A stretch of 64,000 nt of DNA from a virus, in the IMG/VR virus record IMGVR_UViG_3300025121_000038, positions 1 to 64,000 of that record; one strand, 5' to 3'. The notes beneath the pieces were generated by a model, which worked only from the letters and a program-made list of their open reading frames with translations, was not told the DNA's origin and ran no database searches. The translations under genes were made by a program, and so were the position numbers. Every line of letters starts with the position of its first letter. Position 1 is the stretch's first letter. Shown here in pieces: positions 45,487-56,397 of this stretch.

Positions 45487-48400
45487 TTAATAAGAACGAT
45501 CTTGCACTCTTTCTAAGTGTACAACGTACAGTACTCTTATTCTACTTACATCTGCAATTGCATACTCAGCGTCTCTACCGCCATATCCATTATTGTCTAC
45601 TTTCTTGGGCCAGTAAACGCTATCATACCCGGCTGAGTTCCAAGACCTCTTTTGATGATCGTTTTTGTCATTTAAGATCAAACAATTACCTAAATCTACT
45701 TCACAAATTAAAAAGGCTCCGGATTCAGTATATACCCCAAACCCACCGCTGATATATTGAGCACTCTTGCTTCCGCAATCTGTAAAATATATACCATCCC
45801 CCAACATTCTACCGCTCTTCGCGGTAGTCATGACTTTGAAATGATTTTGTATAATTAATCCAGCTGCAAAGTAGTGAGTGCCATGTATCAATGTTTTTAC
45901 ATTTGTAGTGGGGTTTTTCCTCTTCTCATATTCTTTTTGAGGAGGGTTAACAACCTTAAATACACTTTTGATATTTGGTTTGATACCTCGATCTGCACCT
46001 TTCCAGGTATCCTTTATGAATTTTTCAATCTTATCATGTTCATCGTTAGCTACCGCGTCTATTCTAACCGTAGATTTAGATGCGTCTGCTTCTGGTTTAA
46101 TAAAATCAAAAACTCTAAGAGGATTTGATAATAACCATCCTCGAATGTCAGTATCCGACGCACGTTCAAGGGACATACTGAACAATTCTTTGTGCGTGAT
46201 AGTCCTAGATTTGGATTTGATAAGATTCAAAAACTCAGAGGTCTTGCTAGAATCATTAGTTCCAAGAGTAAATTCTGTATCTAAAGGAGCTGATAAAGGT
46301 ATGGCTCTTTCTACTAAACTTTGTAGTAATGTTTCTGTGGTACTTCTGTTATTGGTCTCATCAAGCCATTTTTCTTTAGCAGACTGAGTCTTTAAGCCAT
46401 CCCAATAATCTAGTACACTTCCAATTTTCTCTGAGCGAACTCTACCAGACCCATTGAATTTTTCATTTAAAGGGGCTGAGTCTATCTTAGTGACTATAGG
46501 AATCATGTCCAGAGTAAACTGCTTCTTTCTTAATTTGAACTCCTTAGACAACAAGAATGTTAGCAAAATATTTTTGAAGTCTGAGTCTAGATCCAATTTT
46601 TCAAGAAAGGCTTCTCTCACCTTAGGACCAAAAGTACCTTGTACTTCGTAATAATATTTGAAGAGATCTAATGTCTGTGTGGAGTCAGCCCTCTCAATCA
46701 TAGATGCTTTAGTTCTAGTATCCTCTGTAACATAAGATGGGTTTGGCCATTTTACACCCTTAACTTCCATAATACCTTTACCACGCATATATTCTATCAT
46801 GCCAGGTAAGCGTGTGTCAAATTCCCATTTCGGACATGCCTGTATTAAAAGGGTTCTAGAGTTTGTATCAAACTCCCACAAAAAGTCTAAAAGCTCTTTG
46901 GATCCATACTGTACAACTGCCATTTTAAACCCAAAATTTACAGATTTGGATTTCAAAAAATTGGTCAGTACCGTATGAGAAGCGGTATCTAGTGCTGTTG
47001 TACCAGGCTTCCATAAGAGGTTTGCACAAGAAACGGGATCTTGATTTGTAATAGCTTCTGTTATCAAATCAGAATGACTATGTTCTTTCTCTTTTTCTCT
47101 TAAGGTCTGCCTACGTCTCAATTCTTCTTCAAATCTTCCTCTCGGACCCCAACCTAACTCATAATCTTTAGACGCTTTTACAAGGTCTGCGTCATCTACC
47201 GCAGAAAGCCATACAGGGTGTTTAACATAAAAGCTAAAACATACATCTACTAAATCTCGGAATACCGGGAAAAGTGGTAGTATTGGGGACCTGTACATAT
47301 CCCAAATAGGGAACCTTGAAGTTAGTTCGGTGAGAGATAAATTATCTAGTATAAATCTACAGTTATTCTGTCCAATATTGTAAAGATCTTTATCCTTTAA
47401 AGATACGATCCGCATCACAGTATTGGGTCCGAATGGTCTCATAGATCTTATGCAAGCTTGTACATCTAAAGTTGTAGCATTACCAAGAGCCAGAGCCCCT
47501 AACGCTGACTTAAATTGGTCATCCGACATCTTTAATACAGCTTCATCAAATCCAATTAAAGATGATTGCCAATTCCCATCCATACGATAGGAATAAGAAC
47601 TAGCCATTCGTTCTAAATGTGCGTTCAGATACATTGGGGCGTTTTCAGCAAAATCATCTCTACCAAAAACACCATTTATTATTGGGTTAGAGGATGCGGT
47701 TATTGTACTCACAACAGTATTAGAGTCTACTCCAATAACTGCTGCTGCTTGGATTAAGTGTGATGAGGATCCAATATAATTGGCGGCTATATCAGGCATT
47801 GTACGTATGATACAAGCTATAGTAGCATCTCTAGTGTCTGGTCCTACCTCTCTGACTACGGCTCTATCTTCTAACAGAGACAAAATATACTGTTTATCTG
47901 TTTTAGAGAATTCAGTTATTCTGTTGCAAATTTGTGAAATTAATTTATATTTAGACTTCTTAACTTGTTTGATTAACTCATCTGGCGGTATATTGTTACC
48001 TACCCATGCTTGTATACCATCAACCTCTATGTCCAATAATTCCAAATAATCTCCAGGACGTAATCTAGGCAGAACTACTTCAAGGACATCTCTTGTATAA
48101 TAGAACATATTATGCATGGTCAAAAATTTAGCTAAAGTAGCTACAGACGCTCTTCTTGCTACACATATATCAATATCGGATGATCTGCTATATCTTGTCA
48201 ACAAGGCATACTTATCTACTAATTTGTCAGGATCTAAACATTCGAAATATTGCAATAACTGAGAGGAAGACATACTATTGATATCTGAGTATCTTCTTTC
48301 CATTTCTTCAGCTTTTACCTTCAAGCCCTTTGATTTCAACTCTATCGCATCTGACAATTTAGCATGTAAAGGGTCGGATGCATCTACAGACTCTTGCAAA

Positions 48401-49929
48401 ACGTCTATATATTTAGACGGCAAAAAAGTAAATAACCATATGTGAACCGGATTAGATGAAACACGCCATATATCTGAGATATAAGCAAGAGACCCACCCG
48501 GATAAGACCCTAAACTATTTTCTAAATAATCTATGAATCCTTTCTTAAAAGTAGTCTCTTCAAGGAAGAGTATGTCTTCTCTAGACAATTTTTGGAAAAA
48601 AGTAAGAAACAAATTGAGGTCTACTGCACTACGAGACCATCTATCAGCTCTTACAGCTTTGATTATCTCACCCCAAGGTCTTCCAAAGATGCTGTTTATG
48701 AATGTCGCATCTTTCACAAGATTAGCTTTTAACAAGGGTTCTATTTCTGCTCGGGTACAGTCAAAAAGCCACAATACTTCAAGGTTTCTATCACTGTTAC
48801 CATTACGTACAATTTCATTGAATAAAGTTATTCTCTCCGGCTTAGAGAGTCTGTGTATTAATGGATCTGGATCGGGAGCGTAACCCCATATTTGGGAGAT
48901 TTGTGCATTTGTCCACCGTTCTGGACTTACTACAATCACAGCAGCTTTATAAAAATCAGAATTAGCAAACAAACTGTAATCCATCATCTTAAGAGTTAGA
49001 CTCTCTCTTCCTTTTAGGAGCGTTTTATAAGTTGCTTCCCAGTTTTTCGGAAACTTAGATCTCCAGCCGTAATTCCCTAAAGTATATCGTAGATACTCAA
49101 ATAATATATCATCTTTGAGTTTAGAGAAATTACCTACTGTTACAAGTCCATTTGCCTCATACTTAGGCATTAAATAACCTTGCATGTATCCACGAGCAAA
49201 CAAGGCACTTAATACACTCTTATCACCTTCATCTGCTATGGTCGCTAAATTCTTTAATGTCTGATCATCTGTAGTATGTTGAGCAAGGTATAATCTATCG
49301 CCTTTGGACATTACCCGTATATCAGCTAAATCCGCTATAAAGTTAGTTGGGATACCAGTTTCTGTCGGCTGTGGAGCAGAAGCCACCATTTTGTCTAGGT
49401 CCAACAAAATCATATCCAACATTCTTCGTATGCGTGGGTTACGGAGATTATCTAAGGACTCAATCAACTGTAGCTCTACATCTTTGTTAGGAACAGACCC
49501 ATTCCTGAAATAAATCGTTGCAGGAATCAATACAGCTCTTAACTTAGGAACATGGACATGTTTAATATCATCTCGTATAGATGTGAATATTCTCTTTAGA
49601 GAAGGAGCATGATAGTTACCCGCTGCAACACGGGTCTGCACTTGATCAAATAAAGCTTTTACTTCTCCATACTCACCTGGATTCAAAATACTTTGGAGGA
49701 ACTCATAAAACTCTGTAGAATTATTCTCCAAATGCTTGTATCTATTCATAGTGGTTATGAATTGACTACCATTGTAGAGAGTAGTAGCGTCTATAGACTT
49801 TGAGTCATTTTTATAGAAATCAGACTTCGAGAATATGTACAATATCGCCAAGAATTGGACTATTTCAATCCACTCTGATCTATATTGATCAATTGGGTGT
49901 AAAGAAGGATCAACAGCTACTTTATTCAT
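45487..49929 (-). CDS. 1480-aa protein with a C-terminal PARP-like (H-Y-E) ADP-ribosyltransferase domain
   Basis: LIHGT...GRMLGDGIYF...KS.QY...CEVDLG...YDSV...AEY. Confidence 0.8.
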   Translation of the reverse strand: MNKVAVDPSLHPIDQYRSEWIEIVQFLAILYIFSKSDFYKNDSKSIDATTLYNGSQFITTMNRYKHLENNSTEFYEFLQSILNPGEYGEVKALFDQVQTRVAAGNYHAPSLKRIFTSIRDDIKHVHVPKLRAVLIPATIYFRNGSVPNKDVELQLIESLDNLRNPRIRRMLDMILLDLDKMVASAPQPTETGIPTNFIADLADIRVMSKGDRLYLAQHTTDDQTLKNLATIADEGDKSVLSALFARGYMQGYLMPKYEANGLVTVGNFSKLKDDILFEYLRYTLGNYGWRSKFPKNWEATYKTLLKGRESLTLKMMDYSLFANSDFYKAAVIVVSPERWTNAQISQIWGYAPDPDPLIHRLSKPERITLFNEIVRNGNSDRNLEVLWLFDCTRAEIEPLLKANLVKDATFINSIFGRPWGEIIKAVRADRWSRSAVDLNLFLTFFQKLSREDILFLEETTFKKGFIDYLENSLGSYPGGSLAYISDIWRVSSNPVHIWLFTFLPSKYIDVLQESVDASDPLHAKLSDAIELKSKGLKVKAEEMERRYSDINSMSSSQLLQYFECLDPDKLVDKYALLTRYSRSSDIDICVARRASVATLAKFLTMHNMFYYTRDVLEVVLPRLRPGDYLELLDIEVDGIQAWVGNNIPPDELIKQVKKSKYKLISQICNRITEFSKTDKQYILSLLEDRAVVREVGPDTRDATIACIIRTMPDIAANYIGSSSHLIQAAAVIGVDSNTVVSTITASSNPIINGVFGRDDFAENAPMYLNAHLERMASSYSYRMDGNWQSSLIGFDEAVLKMSDDQFKSALGALALGNATTLDVQACIRSMRPFGPNTVMRIVSLKDKDLYNIGQNNCRFILDNLSLTELTSRFPIWDMYRSPILPLFPVFRDLVDVCFSFYVKHPVWLSAVDDADLVKASKDYELGWGPRGRFEEELRRRQTLREKEKEHSHSDLITEAITNQDPVSCANLLWKPGTTALDTASHTVLTNFLKSKSVNFGFKMAVVQYGSKELLDFLWEFDTNSRTLLIQACPKWEFDTRLPGMIEYMRGKGIMEVKGVKWPNPSYVTEDTRTKASMIERADSTQTLDLFKYYYEVQGTFGPKVREAFLEKLDLDSDFKNILLTFLLSKEFKLRKKQFTLDMIPIVTKIDSAPLNEKFNGSGRVRSEKIGSVLDYWDGLKTQSAKEKWLDETNNRSTTETLLQSLVERAIPLSAPLDTEFTLGTNDSSKTSEFLNLIKSKSRTITHKELFSMSLERASDTDIRGWLLSNPLRVFDFIKPEADASKSTVRIDAVANDEHDKIEKFIKDTWKGADRGIKPNIKSVFKVVNPPQKEYEKRKNPTTNVKTLIHGTHYFAAGLIIQNHFKVMTTAKSGRMLGDGIYFTDCGSKSAQYISGGFGVYTESGAFLICEVDLGNCLILNDKNDHQKRSWNSAGYDSVYWPKKVDNNGYGGRDAEYAIADVSRIRVLYVVHLERVQDRSY

Positions 49930-50147
49930 TCAACATCTCCAACTTGTTTTGCTTCAACATAGGCATACGGGTCTTTTATTTCTATTACTTCTTCCTCGTC
50001 TGTGACGACACACTCTCTACCTAAGCCTTGTAGGCTGCTCCTATAAAAAGGACAGCGGAAACAATCCAATAATACCCCGTGTCTAACAGCGTCTTCCTTC
50101 ACACAATAGAGATAGCCATCTGGGTTAGCGTGGCTGTAATATTTCAT
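49926..50147 (-). CDS. Small Cys-containing protein coupled to the PARP-like gene
   Basis: ATGA overlap. Confidence 0.55.
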   Translation of the reverse strand: MKYYSHANPDGYLYCVKEDAVRHGVLLDCFRCPFYRSSLQGLGRECVVTDEEEVIEIKDPYAYVEAKQVGDVE

Positions 50148-50148
50148 A

Positions 50149-50844
50149 TTATCCTCTTAATAAGTCTAATTTCCCATCTTCCCAATCTTGTAGTCTAATC
50201 TTTTTATCAGTCCTATGATCAAATACAAAACCATCTTGATACCTTATGGTTCTAATTTTATCCCCACGCATTCCAGAACCTACTTGACTCTGTCGATGTT
50301 GAGATATTTCTGATTTATTCTTCGATTCCATTTCTTCATGTATTCTTGATCTAAGAACAGATAATGCCATCTTTTTATTGGCATTTTGAGACTTAGAAGC
50401 AGAGTATGCTGTAATCTTTGTTGGCACATGAGTTATACGTACCGCAGAGTCTGTAGTATTCCTATGTTGTCCACCTGGACCTGATCCTCTCATAGTTTCA
50501 TATATAAGATCCGAAGGTTTTATTTGCAAATCAAAGTCTGTAGGCTCTTTCAATACAGCTACTGTGACGGTAGAAGATTGTCTTCTACCTTTCTTTTCAG
50601 TAGGAGGAACTCTCTGTACTCTGTGCCCTCCAGCCTCGTTTACTAAAAGATTATAAACATCTCTACCAGTTACCATAAACGATATCTCATGGTAACCTTT
50701 AGAGGCTTCTTTCATTTCCAATATTTCAGTATCCCATTTATGGATAGAACAATATCGGACTAACACTTTAAACATATCATAGACAAATAATTTTGCATCA
50801 TCTCCACCTTCGGCGGATCTGATTTCTATAATGACGGTATCCAT
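50149..50844 (-). CDS. prfA: Class I release factor, RF1-like, lacking N-terminal domain 1
   Basis: EIR...GG.DA.LF, E.GGHRVQRVPPTE (PxT), GSGPGGQH.NTTDSAVR.TH, KIRT. Confidence 0.85.
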   Translation of the reverse strand: MDTVIIEIRSAEGGDDAKLFVYDMFKVLVRYCSIHKWDTEILEMKEASKGYHEISFMVTGRDVYNLLVNEAGGHRVQRVPPTEKKGRRQSSTVTVAVLKEPTDFDLQIKPSDLIYETMRGSGPGGQHRNTTDSAVRITHVPTKITAYSASKSQNANKKMALSVLRSRIHEEMESKNKSEISQHRQSQVGSGMRGDKIRTIRYQDGFVFDHRTDKKIRLQDWEDGKLDLLRG

Positions 50845-51100
50845 ACTCCAATTCCTTTCTTGTTATTTGAGATTTCTAGTTTCTTTTTATCTAGAAAATT
50901 CAACTACAAGAAAGGAAGAAGATGGACTTGTATCTAACTTTGAGTGACTTTAGGCGAGGCGATAGGATTTTTTGGTACAGCAACAAGTGCTGGTTCTGGT
51001 TCATATTGTTTTACTTCTGGCTGATCAGTCTTTATATAAGATCTATTCACGAATGTACGAGGCGGTCTTAGTATCTTGCCACCTTTTTTATCAGACATTG

Positions 51101-51325
51101 TCAACTCCAATTTACAGCAGTATGTATATTTTCTATAGGCTCTATTTTAGAAAAGTGATCTATAGCATCTTGTAACAGGTCTATCATTGTTTGTGGACTA
51201 TATTGAGTACTTACTATCCAATTGCCTGTATCAGAGTCCACATAAAACTTGATCAAACTATCATATGGGATCTGTTGACCGTTGATTTCAACAAACTTCT
51301 GCTTTCCTTTTTCAAGCTCTCGCAT
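51101..51325 (-). CDS. Hypothetical protein
   Basis: AAGGAG RBS. Confidence 0.55.
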   Translation of the reverse strand: MRELEKGKQKFVEINGQQIPYDSLIKFYVDSDTGNWIVSTQYSPQTMIDLLQDAIDHFSKIEPIENIHTAVNWS

Positions 51326-51409
51326 ATCGTCTCCTTATAGAGACAAGCGATTACAAACAGATTAGGCTTCAGCAGGATTTTAGGTTTTATGCTTCTGTTC
51401 GAAAAGATC

Positions 51410-51790
51410 TCAGACTTTGGATAAGTCTGCTATTTGCTGACACACCAGGATCAATTCTGAAATAGAATTTGACAAGTCATCATATGTAGAATCAATAATG
51501 AACTCTCCCCCTATACGTTTTACTTTAAACCTGCTACAAATTTGCTCTATAGCCTCGCCCTTCTCACAAAGAGCCTTAAAGTCAATAAACACGTTTAACA
51601 AATAAGAAATAGTATGTCCAAGGTCAGTCAATAAGATTTTATCTCTCTGGTCCAAAAATAAATCTATGTTATCCTCATCAGGATACAAGAACGGAGTTTG
51701 CATCCTCAACATACCATTAGCTATAATGTCACATTTGACTACTAATGATTCAGAGACAAAATCATGTATGTTATTACAGGTAATCAGCAT
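51410..51790 (-). CDS. DUF1828-like protein
   Basis: TPFLYPD.D.ID.F....LTD.G.T. Confidence 0.65.
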   Translation of the reverse strand: MLITCNNIHDFVSESLVVKCDIIANGMLRMQTPFLYPDEDNIDLFLDQRDKILLTDLGHTISYLLNVFIDFKALCEKGEAIEQICSRFKVKRIGGEFIIDSTYDDLSNSISELILVCQQIADLSKV

Positions 51791-52047
51791 AGTAATTCAG
51801 AAACTTCTTTACGCATAAAATCTTGCAACCTGCGAAGCAATGTGGATGCATATAATCTTGCTTCATGAGGCCAAGGATCATCTTCATCTATAGGTTCAGT
51901 CCGTGGGTATTCTATAATAGAAAGGACTTCCTCTATAGACAACTCTGGCATTTTCACATAAGTATCTGCGGGACCTACCAATACTTTTGCTTCATACATA
52001 AGATGTTGAACAACTTTTTGCAAATCATTTCTTCTCACTTCAATCAT
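51784..52047 (-). CDS. Hypothetical protein
   Basis: Coupled ORF. Confidence 0.55.
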   Translation of the reverse strand: MIEVRRNDLQKVVQHLMYEAKVLVGPADTYVKMPELSIEEVLSIIEYPRTEPIDEDDPWPHEARLYASTLLRRLQDFMRKEVSELLC

Positions 52048-52969
52048 GAATTAACTCTCTAAGTTTAAAATCTGCTGTGTTTACTTCTTCCGCCAAATAA
52101 TCTCTGTCTTGAGGACATTTTCTATACCAATACGGGTCTTCAATATCCCCACCTACTGTAGCCGTGTTAAACTTTTGATGAAATTTCTGGTACACTAAAT
52201 GAGCCAAATCCTCGGGTAAAAACAAACCCCACTGCTCATGAAAGAATATTCCTTTCTTTCGGTCTTCATCATGTTTTCCTATCAACTCTCGTGCTTCTAC
52301 CTCGACAGCCTTTAACATATATTGGGCTGCTTTACATACAGCCATTTCGAAAGTTTCAGCATATATTGTTTCAGGATTCATATATGAGTAACCACACGGT
52401 ATGCTTACCGGAGCAATCCATTTTATTTTATGGTTGTAAGATTTCCATCTTACAAAAGTTTCAATATCCTCATCTTCAAAATATTTTTCTATAGGTAGAC
52501 ACCAGAATTCAAATTTTTCACGTTTATCTACTCGGTATCTACATGGATAAGGATAACGACTGTCTTTTTGTCCAGTTTGAAGTTTATTTAAAGCAGTGTA
52601 AACGTGTTTTGCATATTCTGGATTAGTGCTATATGGGTACGGATAACCACCTCTGTTGAACATTAATGTATGGATGTTCATGTCCAATTCAGAATATTTC
52701 GTCTTATTGTCTAAAACGTACCTAGTATATTTATTTTTTACAGTTAGTATATGATCATCTATTAAGGTTCGGCCTTCCTCAAAAGTATAACATTTACCAT
52801 GCTCTCCAAATACACGCCACGTATGCCAACCATAACCAAGCTCTAGACCATAGACTCGTCCATAATTATTCCAACGTTCCCATCTTTCCCAAGAACTACA
52901 AAGAGGGTTGAAAATCCAAGGTCCAATTTTTGTGACAAATTTACGTTTCATGAACGCCCAACATACCAA
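52040..52969 (-). CDS. Hypothetical protein
   Basis: 309-aa ORF. Confidence 0.6.
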   Translation of the reverse strand: MVCWAFMKRKFVTKIGPWIFNPLCSSWERWERWNNYGRVYGLELGYGWHTWRVFGEHGKCYTFEEGRTLIDDHILTVKNKYTRYVLDNKTKYSELDMNIHTLMFNRGGYPYPYSTNPEYAKHVYTALNKLQTGQKDSRYPYPCRYRVDKREKFEFWCLPIEKYFEDEDIETFVRWKSYNHKIKWIAPVSIPCGYSYMNPETIYAETFEMAVCKAAQYMLKAVEVEARELIGKHDEDRKKGIFFHEQWGLFLPEDLAHLVYQKFHQKFNTATVGGDIEDPYWYRKCPQDRDYLAEEVNTADFKLRELIHD

Positions 52970-53328
52970 GAAAGGTTACGAAAAATAGGTACTCCATTCA
53001 AATCCGTGCCGTCATTTCTACAGTAAGGTCCATTACTATATACGGTTATTACATCGCCTGTCTGTACTTTATACCCACCTATATTAATTTTAAGGCCATA
53101 TTCTAAAGTACACCAAGCGCCATTTCCGATATATTCAACTTCTAAAACTTTGTAATTTTGTTTAGGAACATCTTCCCATCTAGGCCCGGTAGAAGGCATA
53201 GAAACAAGATGTTGATTAAACTGGCTTTCGACAGTATTTTTAACACCTTTTGGGTCTGCTGAAAATGTCACTTCCAAAACAAGTTCCCAAAATAAGTCGT
53301 ATCTTGACACAGACTTCTCCTCGAACAT
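52948..53328 (-). CDS. Hypothetical protein
   Basis: 126-aa ORF; promoter motif at 53339. Confidence 0.55.
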   Translation of the reverse strand: MFEEKSVSRYDLFWELVLEVTFSADPKGVKNTVESQFNQHLVSMPSTGPRWEDVPKQNYKVLEVEYIGNGAWCTLEYGLKINIGGYKVQTGDVITVYSNGPYCRNDGTDLNGVPIFRNLSWYVGRS

Positions 53329-53369
53329 TTATTTGGATAACGGAATTGGAAATGTATGATTAAGAGATA

Positions 53370-54416
53370 TTAAGTGGGGTCATCTAGAAAATCTGTCAAA
53401 TTACGAGTACCTGTTCTTGGGTTGGGTGCTTGAACAACAGAACTACCCTTTGGAACCATAGCTACAGATTTTTGTACGAGGTCATAATTTACTGCGCCAT
53501 AAGCGGTACTGCCTCTCCTTGATTGATAAGAAGAGTTGAAGACCTCGTCTTGATCGGTTCGTCTAGCTACACTAGCTAACATAGTCTCTACCACAAGGTT
53601 AGCTCGGTCCAGTTGTAAAACACGGTCAGGCCCTAAGGTAGTATCCCAATACTGGCGAATAAGTCTAGGGCTGTACTCAGGCATATCCGTTTCTTTAAGT
53701 ATCACAAACACTTCCATTTTTCGAAGCAACGCTTGAAATATGTGCCGCACTTCCACAAGCTCTGGTTTCAAGGTCAGGGCCACAGATCTCTTTAGGTTAG
53801 AGGCTAATATTCTAGGAGCAGCAGCTTCATCCGTGATAATGTACGCATATACATGTTTAGCGCTGCTTACATCAACACTCTCTAGAAGATAGTATGCGGC
53901 GAGCTCTGGCGATTCTTCACCATCTCCACCACCACTCATCTTGGTAAAAGCCTGAAGATGAGAATCTAGTTCTGGACCACTTCCAAAAGTAGCTATTTGT
54001 ATAGTATCTCCGTACTTTACATCCCCAAAAGCGATAAACAAAATCTCCAAACTCTGGCCTAGAAGAGTTTGACTCTCTTCATAGAGATTTACCAGGAATT
54101 TGAATATGTCTTCTCTCCATTGACCCATGGACCCAGTCATATCCATCATGACTATGAGTACATTTTCTTTCGTGCTCTTAAGTACCTTAGCACGGAGATC
54201 TGTATATGCGTGGACTGGTGGGGGTACTGCTACACTACCCATCAAGAGGTCTAGTCTGTCCAGAGGACCGCTGTCTGGGGTTGAGGATCTAGTACCATAT
54301 TGTGACCTCGTTCGAGGACTATCATATGCCCTACGGGCACTAGAAAAGTCATCTCTGTCATTCTGGGGGTTATAAGAAGATCTATCATTACCGCCCCATC
54401 CATGTGCTCCACTCAT
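53370..54416 (-). CDS. von Willebrand factor A (MIDAS) domain protein
   Basis: DMTGSM, FGD, GGGDGEES, ITDE. Confidence 0.8.
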   Translation of the reverse strand: MSGAHGWGGNDRSSYNPQNDRDDFSSARRAYDSPRTRSQYGTRSSTPDSGPLDRLDLLMGSVAVPPPVHAYTDLRAKVLKSTKENVLIVMMDMTGSMGQWREDIFKFLVNLYEESQTLLGQSLEILFIAFGDVKYGDTIQIATFGSGPELDSHLQAFTKMSGGGDGEESPELAAYYLLESVDVSSAKHVYAYIITDEAAAPRILASNLKRSVALTLKPELVEVRHIFQALLRKMEVFVILKETDMPEYSPRLIRQYWDTTLGPDRVLQLDRANLVVETMLASVARRTDQDEVFNSSYQSRRGSTAYGAVNYDLVQKSVAMVPKGSSVVQAPNPRTGTRNLTDFLDDPT

Positions 54417-55246
54417 ACAGGTCTCCTTTTAAAAGATTCTAGGCACTCAGTACGATCAAACATTCTTTTTCGTAAATCCGCTAATTGAGTTCGAAGTTCA
54501 TTGGCATTTGATGGTCTAGCCATAGGGTCCCTGCGTATGAGAGACATCAAAAACTCTCGTAATGGTGGTCTCATATTAGCTGGTGGCTCTCCTTGTTGTA
54601 TATTTCCTCCGGCCAGAGCAACCCCTATCTTGCCTACAGAGTAAAAGTCAGACTGAGCTATAGGCGGTAGCCCTAATGCAAACTCTGGCGGCAGATAGCC
54701 CGGAGTCCCACCCTTTGCTAAAGTATCTGCATCGGGTCTTGAAGCTGCCATGCCGAGATCTACTAAGACTACCTCATGGTTTTCTATATTTATAATACAG
54801 TTACCTGGTTTTAGATCACAGTGTACTATCTGGTGTCTACCATGCAAATAAGCCAGACCATATAAGATACGATCTAATACCCAACAAATATGTTCATCAT
54901 CTATGTGTCTACCAGGATAGTCTCTACCACTAATAGGCCCAGACTCCAGTATTTTATCTAGTGACTCTCCTTGTATGAAGGATAGAACTATAAATCTTTC
55001 TAAACCTTCTTTACCAGGTATCTCTAAGTAATTTTGGAAAGATGGTAAAGCAGGATGTCTCATTTTAGATAAGAGGATAGCCTCTTCCTTGAACATCCTA
55101 ATAAAAGGCTCTTGCTGTGTCTTCTCCCTTTTCAGACAGACCGGTACTTCTGTTCCAAGTATAGAATGGTGTCCTGTATATATCCACCCAAAAGACCCTT
55201 CTCCAAGGGCTCCCGTGATATAATAATTACCAACTAATTTTGGCAT
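54413..55246 (-). CDS. Hanks-type Ser/Thr protein kinase
   Basis: GEGSFG, LK, E, HCDLKPGN, DLG, GTPGYLPPE, SDFYSVG, R. Confidence 0.92.
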   Translation of the reverse strand: MPKLVGNYYITGALGEGSFGWIYTGHHSILGTEVPVCLKREKTQQEPFIRMFKEEAILLSKMRHPALPSFQNYLEIPGKEGLERFIVLSFIQGESLDKILESGPISGRDYPGRHIDDEHICWVLDRILYGLAYLHGRHQIVHCDLKPGNCIINIENHEVVLVDLGMAASRPDADTLAKGGTPGYLPPEFALGLPPIAQSDFYSVGKIGVALAGGNIQQGEPPANMRPPLREFLMSLIRRDPMARPSNANELRTQLADLRKRMFDRTECLESFKRRPV

Positions 55247-56397
55247 GTTTGTCTCTTAGCTAAAGATGGAAAAACAGTTACTAACTCTTCTGTCAATGCA
55301 GACATAGAATCTACATAATCGCGATTTTCTTTTACATTAGAAAACGTGAAGACACGTCCGTATCTATCTTTACGAATACGATTACGTAAAGTTTCTATCT
55401 TATTTTCGGTAGACAAATCTCTGGAATTATTCAAGGATATAAAATCCTCTGAATAATTGCTTCTCGCAAATTCATCCCTATTTGGACTATCTACTACTAT
55501 CATGACATTATTGGTCCAGCTAGATAAATTATCTTCTAAAAGGCGACCATAATCCACTAAAATAGTCCCCGCAAAAGATGTTGCTAATCTCTCCCTATAT
55601 AATCGATGTACATGCGGGAGAATTAACTTCCAGATTTCATCTTTGGCTTCAGGCCCAGCTTTCGTTACGGCCTCTATTAGTTTGACCTTATCTACGGACA
55701 AACTATCTTCCGATAAAACATCATCTTGGAACATAGCGTTCAAATTGTCTCTAACTAACTGAGCCCCAGGTGTGGCTTCTTGAAAAAGTTTTTGAATCAA
55801 ATCATCTATAGATATAAATTGGACAACATGACCTGTTTTATACCGGATATAAGACGATAATCTCTCACAAAGGTATGACTTGCCACTTCCTAAACATCCA
55901 GTGACCCCTATCAAAAGATGTTTGTGCATGCGTTTTTCTAAACTAGCTTTTACAGACAGCCTCACCATTGGCGAGACGTCAACATGATGCCAAGCAAAGG
56001 ATTTGATTAATGTAGAAGAGATATGGACTAATTCTGGGTTGGCCAATATATATTGAACATTTAGATGTGGGTATATCAATTTATGAAAAGACATCTGTTT
56101 GTCTTCATATGCTTTGTCAGATTCGTTACGTATACCACGGAAGAGAACGTCACAACCTTCTCGTAGATACATATCTACAAGTGGTAGATTGCCAGTCACT
56201 ACTTCATACTTTATACCCGCAGCTCTTATTAATTCGACTCTCTCTTCTTGAGAATATAAATAAGATCCTCTCTTCTCATCATTATCAGTGATATATATGA
56301 CGAAACTTTGACATTTAGAGGAAGCCACTTGGAACAGATGTTCATGTCCTAAATGAACTGGGTCTCCAGATAAAGCTACCATCCCACGTCGATACAT
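55234..56397 (-). CDS. coaD: Phosphopantetheine adenylyltransferase / dephospho-CoA kinase fusion (CoaD-CoaE)
   Basis: DPVHLGH, RGIR...D..YE, ISST, followed by IGVTG.LGSGKS and D.D. Confidence 0.8.
   Translation of the reverse strand: MYRRGMVALSGDPVHLGHEHLFQVASSKCQSFVIYITDNDEKRGSYLYSQEERVELIRAAGIKYEVVTGNLPLVDMYLREGCDVLFRGIRNESDKAYEDKQMSFHKLIYPHLNVQYILANPELVHISSTLIKSFAWHHVDVSPMVRLSVKASLEKRMHKHLLIGVTGCLGSGKSYLCERLSSYIRYKTGHVVQFISIDDLIQKLFQEATPGAQLVRDNLNAMFQDDVLSEDSLSVDKVKLIEAVTKAGPEAKDEIWKLILPHVHRLYRERLATSFAGTILVDYGRLLEDNLSSWTNNVMIVVDSPNRDEFARSNYSEDFISLNNSRDLSTENKIETLRNRIRKDRYGRVFTFSNVKENRDYVDSMSALTEELVTVFPSLAKRQTCQN

Noticed and set aside
45558-49513. Several plus-strand ORFs inside the 1480-aa gene
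   Set aside because: Antisense shadows without RBS or motifs.
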